DNA of 64,000 nucleotides from Alphaproteobacteria bacterium (GTDB lineage: Bacteria; Pseudomonadota; Alphaproteobacteria; Paracaedibacterales; CAITNM01). Under the pieces are notes generated by a model, which was given only the letters and a program-made list of their open reading frames with translations, searched no databases and was not told where the DNA came from. Position 1 is the stretch's first letter. Each line of letters begins with the position of its first letter. A program made the translations under genes and the position numbers. The stretch covers positions 6,485 to 70,484 of the forward strand of contig JBAXJB010000005.1 of the NCBI GenBank assembly GCA_037138055.1, written 5' to 3'. Of this stretch, positions 57,958-64,000 are shown piece by piece.

Positions 57958-59761
57958 AAAATCTTTTTATGATGATGTTACACCCAAAAATGAATCAAAG
58001 GCCCCTATAGGCACATTATGGGCATTACTGGGAAAATATGTTTCTACGTTTTATAAACCAATTATTCTAGCTTGTATCATGCTTGGTGTCGCAGCTGGCA
58101 TGGTTCTTGGTTTTGGAAAGTTTTTAAGCTTTTCAGTCAATACGGGACTGCTGACAAAAGGATCAGATTATTTCGGCTGGGTTTTAATAGGGCTGGCTAT
58201 TAGCGTAGTATTACTGGCTTTTGCAAGTTACGCACGCACCTATTACATTAGCTGGATTGGCGAACAATTAATGGCTCGTCTGCGCTATGATCTTTTTGAT
58301 CACATTCTTAAATTCCCTATTTCTTTTTTTGAAGAATACCAACCGGCAAATTTAGTTACACGCCTAACAAGCGACATGAATTTATTGCAACTTGTGCTAA
58401 CAAACAGCTTGGGTATTTTCATAAGAAATGCACTGATCATTCTAGGTGGCATCGTCATGATGGTAACAACCTCTGGAAAATTATTTGTATTAAGCTGCGT
58501 AATTGTCCCTGCACTATTGTTACCAGTTATTTATTTTGGAAAAATCGTTCGTGTTCATGGACGATATGCTCAAAGTGTGTTGGCTGACCTTGCTCAGTTT
58601 ATTGATGAAACATTGAACAATATTAAAACCGTGCTGTTATTTTCCCATGCTGCACAAGATCGTTCTTCATTTCACGGGTATAACACCAACTTCGTTCAAG
58701 CTGTTTTAAAGTCAGCAAAAGCACGGGCTAAATTAGTTGGCTTTGCCATGGTGCTGATTTTTTCAGGCCTATGCGTAATCGCTTACCTTGGGGCACAAAT
58801 GGTTTTTGAGCAAACCATGACCAAAGGAGACTTGCTAGGATTTTTATTTTATGCAGTTGCAGTAAGTGGAGCTTTAGGATCATTTTCGGCACTTTTTGCT
58901 GATTTTTACCGCGCAGCAGGAGCAGGCGATAGAATATTAGAAATACTGAAGTTAGAGCCGCCTAAGCAAAATACGATCAAACAACGCCTTGTACAAAATC
59001 ACGGTATTCTTGCAATGCATCAGGTAAATTTTGCGTATTCTTCTCGCCCTGAAACCAACGTTCTTAGTCAATTAAATTTAAGCGTACTACCAGGTGAAAC
59101 TGTTGCAATTGTTGGCCCATCTGGTGCTGGAAAAAGCACAATATTTTCTCTGCTCTTGAAATTTTACGAACCTAACTCTGGTAATATTTACCTTAACGGC
59201 GTGAATTACCAAGACCTATCAACTGATAGCATTCGTCATCAACTTGGTTTAGTAACACAAGATGCTGTGATTTTTTCCACAACAATTTTTGAAAACTTAG
59301 CATATGGTCTAGATACCGTTGATGAAAATGATTTGTGGCAAGCATTAGAAATGGTTCATTTAAAAGATTTTGTTCAAAGCTTACCTTATTCATTGCAAAC
59401 AAAAGTTGGTCATCGAGGCGTTAGACTTTCCGGCGGACAAAAACAGCGTCTAGCTTTGGCACGCGTATTATTACGGCGCCCAAGTATTTTGCTTTTAGAT
59501 GAAGCAACCAATTCACTAGATGCCGAAAGTGATTTTATTGTGCAGCAAAACTTAAAGGAGCTAAGTGCAGAATGCACAACCTTAGTAATTGCTCACCGTT
59601 TAAGTACCGTGATGGAAGCAGATAAAATTATGGTATTAAATCACGGACACATAGAACAAATAGGAACGCACCACGAATTAATGCGTCAAGAAGGACTATA
59701 CCGAAATTACGTAAACCTTGAATTTGAACCGTCTCAAATTTCAAAAGCCATTTCTATTTAA
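57950..59761 (+). CDS. ABCB-type half-transporter exporter (MsbA/Mdl/Atm-like fused permease-ATPase)
   Basis: 603 aa with a six-TM exporter domain, then an NBD carrying Walker A GPSGAGKST, signature LSGGQKQR and Walker B ILLLDEATNSLD. It overlaps cyaY by 8 nt. Confidence 0.88.
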   Translation: MREKSFYDDVTPKNESKAPIGTLWALLGKYVSTFYKPIILACIMLGVAAGMVLGFGKFLSFSVNTGLLTKGSDYFGWVLIGLAISVVLLAFASYARTYYISWIGEQLMARLRYDLFDHILKFPISFFEEYQPANLVTRLTSDMNLLQLVLTNSLGIFIRNALIILGGIVMMVTTSGKLFVLSCVIVPALLLPVIYFGKIVRVHGRYAQSVLADLAQFIDETLNNIKTVLLFSHAAQDRSSFHGYNTNFVQAVLKSAKARAKLVGFAMVLIFSGLCVIAYLGAQMVFEQTMTKGDLLGFLFYAVAVSGALGSFSALFADFYRAAGAGDRILEILKLEPPKQNTIKQRLVQNHGILAMHQVNFAYSSRPETNVLSQLNLSVLPGETVAIVGPSGAGKSTIFSLLLKFYEPNSGNIYLNGVNYQDLSTDSIRHQLGLVTQDAVIFSTTIFENLAYGLDTVDENDLWQALEMVHLKDFVQSLPYSLQTKVGHRGVRLSGGQKQRLALARVLLRRPSILLLDEATNSLDAESDFIVQQNLKELSAECTTLVIAHRLSTVMEADKIMVLNHGHIEQIGTHHELMRQEGLYRNYVNLEFEPSQISKAISI

Positions 59762-59772
59762 GAGAAGAATTT

Positions 59773-61341
59773 GTGAAAATTAACAGAAATATTTTTATTG
59801 TTTTTTTGTCGTTCTATTTTGTTTGCTTGCTAAACATTCCCTTTTGGAATGCAGTTTTTAAGATAGTAAATTTTGATAATGCTTCTGATTTAATTTATTT
59901 AGTGTCAATGTTCATAGGGTTAAGCGCCATGTTTATCATTGCTTTTAACCTTCTGTTATTTCCGTATGTTCAAAAAACGTTGATATTCGTACTTGCTATT
60001 GCAGCCATATTTTCAAGTTATCACATGCATTACTTCAAGGTCGTGATTGATGCAGATATGATCCAGAACGTACTGCAAACTGACATTCATGAATCGTTAG
60101 ATCTTTTAAGTGCTAAATTTGGAATATGGTTTCTCGTACTGGGAATTCCACTTTTATCTTTATGCTTTTTAAAAATAGTTTATCAACCCAAATTTTTTTC
60201 AGAGCTAAAATCTAGATTAATAGCAAATATCATAGCCGCGCTATTAATTGCTGTTTCAGTAGGCACTGCTTATAAAACCATCGTTATTATTCATAGAAAT
60301 AATAGAAACCTTATCAGCTTAATTACCCCTATAAATTGCATTTACTACTTAGGAAAATATATAAAAAAGCAAAATCAAACGCCGCAAGAATTTACCAAAA
60401 TTGCTTTAGATGCAGCCAAAGGACCCCATTGGAAAAATGTTACAAAAAAGTCATTACTTGTTATTGTGGTGGGCGAAGCTGCGCGTTCCGATAATTTTTC
60501 ACTGAATGGCTATGCACGCGAAACGAATCCCTTACTCAAAACTAAAAATGTAATTTCGCTGAAAAATGTTTCATCCTGTGGAACATGTACAGCCGTTGCT
60601 GTACCTGGAATCTTTTCAAAATTACCAAGAGAAAACTATACGCCTGAAAAAGCTGCGCAAGAAGAAAACTTACTAGATGTCTTATCTAGAATTGGTTTTT
60701 CAATTCTTTGGCGTGATAATAACAGCAGCTCAAAAGGGGTAGCAGCAAGGCTAAAAGAAGAAAATATAAGACATTTAAATCAAAATGATGAAGCCTTACT
60801 CACCGGGTTAGATAGTTACATCAAAAGCTTAAAACATGATTCTATCATTGTGCTGCATCAACTTGGCAGCCATGGACCTGCTTATCACAAACGCTACCCT
60901 GAAGAATTTAATAAATTCAAACCGGGGTGCAACACCAATGAAATTCAAAGCTGTAAAAAATCGGACCTTGTGAACACTTACGACAACACCATTTTATATA
61001 CCGATTACATTTTGGCAAAAATCATCGAAACACTTGAAAATAATACTCAACTGAATACTGCAATGATCTATGTTTCTGATCATGGTGAATCATTAGGGGA
61101 ATATGGTATTTATCTTCATGGCACGCCGTACCTAATTGCCCCTAAAGAACAGACTCATGTTCCATGGATTATGTGGCTATCAGATAGCTTCAGCCAAGAA
61201 TTTGATGTAGATGTAAACAGCTTAAGGGCTAAAGCTGAAACAGGAAAATATTCTCATGATAACTTTTTTCATTCAGTGCTTGGGCTGTTAGATATAAAAA
61301 CCCACGAATACGATCAACGTTTAGATATTTTCAAAAATTAG
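59773..61341 (+). CDS. eptA: Phosphoethanolamine transferase (EptA/sulfatase family)
   Basis: 522 aa with a GTG start, five N-terminal TM helices, and a periplasmic sulfatase-fold domain (VIVVGEAARSDNFSLNGY...T.P; GTCTAVAVP; HQLGSHGPAYHKRYP; SDHGESLGE). Confidence 0.85.
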   Translation: MKINRNIFIVFLSFYFVCLLNIPFWNAVFKIVNFDNASDLIYLVSMFIGLSAMFIIAFNLLLFPYVQKTLIFVLAIAAIFSSYHMHYFKVVIDADMIQNVLQTDIHESLDLLSAKFGIWFLVLGIPLLSLCFLKIVYQPKFFSELKSRLIANIIAALLIAVSVGTAYKTIVIIHRNNRNLISLITPINCIYYLGKYIKKQNQTPQEFTKIALDAAKGPHWKNVTKKSLLVIVVGEAARSDNFSLNGYARETNPLLKTKNVISLKNVSSCGTCTAVAVPGIFSKLPRENYTPEKAAQEENLLDVLSRIGFSILWRDNNSSSKGVAARLKEENIRHLNQNDEALLTGLDSYIKSLKHDSIIVLHQLGSHGPAYHKRYPEEFNKFKPGCNTNEIQSCKKSDLVNTYDNTILYTDYILAKIIETLENNTQLNTAMIYVSDHGESLGEYGIYLHGTPYLIAPKEQTHVPWIMWLSDSFSQEFDVDVNSLRAKAETGKYSHDNFFHSVLGLLDIKTHEYDQRLDIFKN

Positions 61342-61387
61342 ATTATATCTATTGTTATAAAAAATTTTGAAGGTCATAGAAAATAAA

Positions 61388-62392
61388 ATGTGCTCCCTAG
61401 TTAATTGCTTTTTCAGGACGCTGATTTTAATAATATTATTAAAACCTGTAATGTATTCTGCTCTTCCTCTAAATGTACATTTTTTTCCCGTCCTGCCCTT
61501 AGAGGCACGCCAAAATCATAGGAATGAGGTGCAATCCGAAATTGAAAAAAGATGGGAAAAAGTATTAAAGCAAAAATCTTCATTTGCACCTTATGAAAAA
61601 AAATCAGACCAAGAAATCATAAAGGAATTCCATCAGCTCAATCATTTCAGACAACATCTTTGGTATAGAAATCCAGAACAATCACCTCACATTTGCCAAA
61701 AAGACTATATGGCAGCTCAAGATTTACTAGAAAAAGGCTATTATAGGTTCGCTGGCAATATTGCTTTCGCCTACAATCGTACGGACAGTAGCTATAATGC
61801 TAGTACGGTGTTAATCGAAGGCTATCATTTTATTGCTATGCAAGAACCAAATGAAATGATTTTAAATTTATTTTTTAAATTTCTAATAAATCATCAAGTC
61901 AGTCTTTTAGTACGTGTAAAATCAGAGCGCGAATTTTCAAAAGCAAATTCTGTAAAATATTGGAAAGAAAGAGTAGCGCAAACTGGAAAAGATACTTTTT
62001 TAAACATTATGACGACTGAAGTGGAAAAAAAACCTGAACCCACTTACATTGCGTATTGTTACACAGATGAATGGTTTGACAATAAAGGCATTGATGTCAA
62101 AGAACTCTATCGTTTAGTGCAAGAAACTCGCCAGATTTATGCCTTATCTGATAAAGAAAGACCAATTGCATGTCATTGCGCTTCTGGAGTAGGAAGAACT
62201 GGTGCTTTTATAGCAGCTTTTGTTTTAGCTGAAATGATCGATTTGTCCAAAGGTGATGTGCCTAGCATAGAAGAAATCGTCTACAAACTTTCTATCCAAA
62301 GACCAAACTTAATGGGAACAGCTGAGCAATATTTATTGTTGTATCATTTTGTTGATCACTATCTAAATGTTATGCAAAAATTAAGTAGTTGA
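61388..62392 (+). CDS. Classical (eukaryote/YopH-type) protein tyrosine phosphatase domain protein with a signal-like N-terminus
   Basis: P-loop CHCASGVGRTGAFIA (HCX5R-T/S-G, catalytic Cys codon at 62177-62179) and a WPD-loop equivalent WFD (62072-62080). It also has SYNAS...HFIAMQEP (compare YINA..YIATQGP), KYW (compare KCxxYWP) and a Q-loop GTAEQY. The start is ATG 61388 or TTG 61367. Confidence 0.8.
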   Translation: MCSLVNCFFRTLILIILLKPVMYSALPLNVHFFPVLPLEARQNHRNEVQSEIEKRWEKVLKQKSSFAPYEKKSDQEIIKEFHQLNHFRQHLWYRNPEQSPHICQKDYMAAQDLLEKGYYRFAGNIAFAYNRTDSSYNASTVLIEGYHFIAMQEPNEMILNLFFKFLINHQVSLLVRVKSEREFSKANSVKYWKERVAQTGKDTFLNIMTTEVEKKPEPTYIAYCYTDEWFDNKGIDVKELYRLVQETRQIYALSDKERPIACHCASGVGRTGAFIAAFVLAEMIDLSKGDVPSIEEIVYKLSIQRPNLMGTAEQYLLLYHFVDHYLNVMQKLSS

Positions 62393-62419
62393 GTAATGCT
62401 CTATTGAAATAACATGGAC

Positions 62420-62893
62420 TCAAATTCGAACCTTACGACGAATTTTCACATAAAATGCACCACTGCCACCATCATCTGGTTTTGCGTAAGCATAGCCCGT
62501 TACAAATTCAGGCATTGATTGAAGCCACTTTGGTGTTTGTTCACGAAGAATACTAGGGTTATTAGGAGATCCTTTTCCGGTAATAATCCGCACCCAACGC
62601 AAATTCCTGTACAAAGCATTTTTTAAAAATTCGCGCAAAGCCATTTCGCCTGCTGCTTGGGTAAAACCATGCAAATCAAGCTGAGCTTCTGGACGAACAT
62701 TTCTTAAATCATTCGCGTGAAGTGCTTCAACCTTTTGTGTGCGACTAATGCCAGGTGTTGGCAAAAGTGGCCTCTCAGGAACCTTCAAAACGTTAAGAGT
62801 TTTGGCAACAACCATATCGTGCTTTATAGGCTTGATGCTTTTTACAACAGCATCCCAAAGGGCTTGTTCGTCAGGAGGTAATTTTTTTGTCAT
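62420..62893 (-). CDS. Smr (small MutS-related) domain protein
   Basis: C-terminal Smr domain (QLDLHGFTQAAGEMALREFL...RWVRIITGKG). The ATG at 62893 is preceded by TAAGG and preferred over 62911. Confidence 0.8.
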   Translation of the reverse strand: MTKKLPPDEQALWDAVVKSIKPIKHDMVVAKTLNVLKVPERPLLPTPGISRTQKVEALHANDLRNVRPEAQLDLHGFTQAAGEMALREFLKNALYRNLRWVRIITGKGSPNNPSILREQTPKWLQSMPEFVTGYAYAKPDDGGSGAFYVKIRRKVRI

Positions 62894-62985
62894 ACAAAAC
62901 CTTATCCACATTATTGGGCTAGGTATTTCATATACCCCTTAACAGATTTATGGTTAAATTAGCCAGATTTTAAATTTTTAGCCCT

Positions 62986-64000
62986 ATGACCAGTCTAGCA
63001 CAGCGCATGAATTGGATAAAACCCTCCCCTACCCTTGTCATGACAGCAAAAGCCATTGCTCTAAAAGAACAGGGGAAAGATGTTATCAGCTTAAGTGCAG
63101 GTGAACCTGACTATGACACCCCTCAGTGGATTAAAGACGCCGCCCTACAAGCCATGAATAATGGCCAAACAAAATATACCCCGGTTGGTGGTACTGCGCT
63201 TTTGAAACAAGCAATTATAAAAAAGCTAAGCCGTGATAATGGCTTTACTTATGAAAGTAATCAAATCATTGTAAGTACAGGCGGCAAGCAAGTCATTTTT
63301 AACGCGTTTATGGCTAGCATTAATGCGGGTGATGAGGTTATTATCCCTGCTCCTTATTGGGTTTCGTATCCTGATATAGTTAGCTTATTTGAAGGCATTC
63401 CTGTTTTTGTTAATTGCCCAATTGAAAATGAATTTAAGCTTCAACCAAGCCAGTTAGCGGCTAGCATTACGCCCAAAACAAAGTGGTTGATTTTAAACTC
63501 TCCGTCAAATCCAACAGGATGCGTTTACACGAAAGATGAGCTTTTGGCCCTAGCGGAAGTGCTGCGTGCCTACCCTCATGTGAATATTTTAACAGACGAT
63601 ATTTATGAATACCTTCTGTATGATGGATCAGATTTTTCAAATATTTTAAATGTTGCCCCTGATTTATATCACCGCACTTTGGTGGTGAATGGTGTTTCAA
63701 AAGCATATTCAATGACCGGGTGGCGCATTGGGTACGGCGCTGGCCCAAAACACTTAATTCAAGCCATGATTGATTTGCAATCGCAAATAACATCTAACGC
63801 ATGCTCTATTTCGCAAGCAGCGGCTGTTGCTGCAATTAATGGCCCGCATGATTTTTTAAATGAATGGCGAGCCAGTTTTGCAAAAAGACGTGACTATGTA
63901 TTGGAAGCATTGTCTACAATTGTTGAGCTGCAGCTTATAAAGCCAAATGGTGCGTTCTATTTATATATAGGTTGTCATGGCGTTATTGGAAAAGTAACAC
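62986..64000 (+). CDS. aatA: Aspartate/aromatic aminotransferase, class I, 3'-truncated by the window edge
   Basis: Open from ATG 62986 to the window end, and absent from the ORF track because it has no stop. Translation MTSLAQRMNWIKPSPTL...LSAGEPDYDTP...GGKQ...PAPYWVSYP with the PLP-lysine block SKAYSMTGWRIGY. Confidence 0.9.
   Translation, partial: MTSLAQRMNWIKPSPTLVMTAKAIALKEQGKDVISLSAGEPDYDTPQWIKDAALQAMNNGQTKYTPVGGTALLKQAIIKKLSRDNGFTYESNQIIVSTGGKQVIFNAFMASINAGDEVIIPAPYWVSYPDIVSLFEGIPVFVNCPIENEFKLQPSQLAASITPKTKWLILNSPSNPTGCVYTKDELLALAEVLRAYPHVNILTDDIYEYLLYDGSDFSNILNVAPDLYHRTLVVNGVSKAYSMTGWRIGYGAGPKHLIQAMIDLQSQITSNACSISQAAAVAAINGPHDFLNEWRASFAKRRDYVLEALSTIVELQLIKPNGAFYLYIGCHGVIGKVT

Overview
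This is a compact, almost entirely coding stretch of core genome from an AT-rich alphaproteobacterium, with about 50 of 57 genes on the + strand. The lineage call rests on GapR/DUF2312, a Caulobacter-type fliF-fliG-fliH-fliN-flbD-flhA string, alphaproteobacterial atpHAGD, and fragmented nuo and dcw clusters. These suggest a Rickettsiales/Holosporales-like host-associated lineage, but that is inference and not a database result.

Gene order, left to right:
- 1-4.2 kb: hscA (5'-partial), fdx, dnaA, dnaN.
- 4.4-10.6 kb: APT-like esterase, atpHAGD (no atpC), HSL-type esterase.
- 10.7-19.3 kb: accA, uppS, cdsA, murJ, mfd, beta-lactamase-fold hydrolase.
- 19.4-25.6 kb: recF, gyrB, a class A PBP, a small secreted protein of unknown function.
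- 25.6-27.9 kb, minus strand: gapR-cysS-trmJ.
- 28.0-34.5 kb: phzF-like, tRNA-Glu(CUC), two tandem orphan PF04392-like binding proteins, murD, ftsW, asd.
- 34.6-44.5 kb: membrane EEP-family protein (minus strand), nuoCDEFGHIJK, an orphan amino-acid binding lipoprotein.
- 44.6-56.1 kb: flagellar fliF operon through flhA, then an RND adaptor and pump.
- 56.0-64.0 kb: recO (minus strand), tRNA-Ala(GGC), SAM methyltransferase, cyaY, ABCB-type exporter, eptA-like transferase, classical protein tyrosine phosphatase, smr (minus strand), aspartate aminotransferase (3'-partial).

I saw no CRISPR array, IS element, prophage, integrase or recognisable defence island, and I cannot support a clear novel multi-gene system here.

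The items most worth follow-up are:
- a full eukaryote-type PTP domain with a signal-like N-terminus, which is a candidate host-directed effector;
- the missing atpC, with an esterase in its place;
- three orphan substrate-binding proteins with no permease or ATPase nearby;
- the fliF control region, which has a terminator, a direct repeat and a palindrome;
- the heavily shuffled operon architecture, including dnaA-dnaN split from recF-gyrB, nuo cut at both ends, and an isolated murD-ftsW pair.

All calls come from reading translations and motifs by eye. No searches were run.
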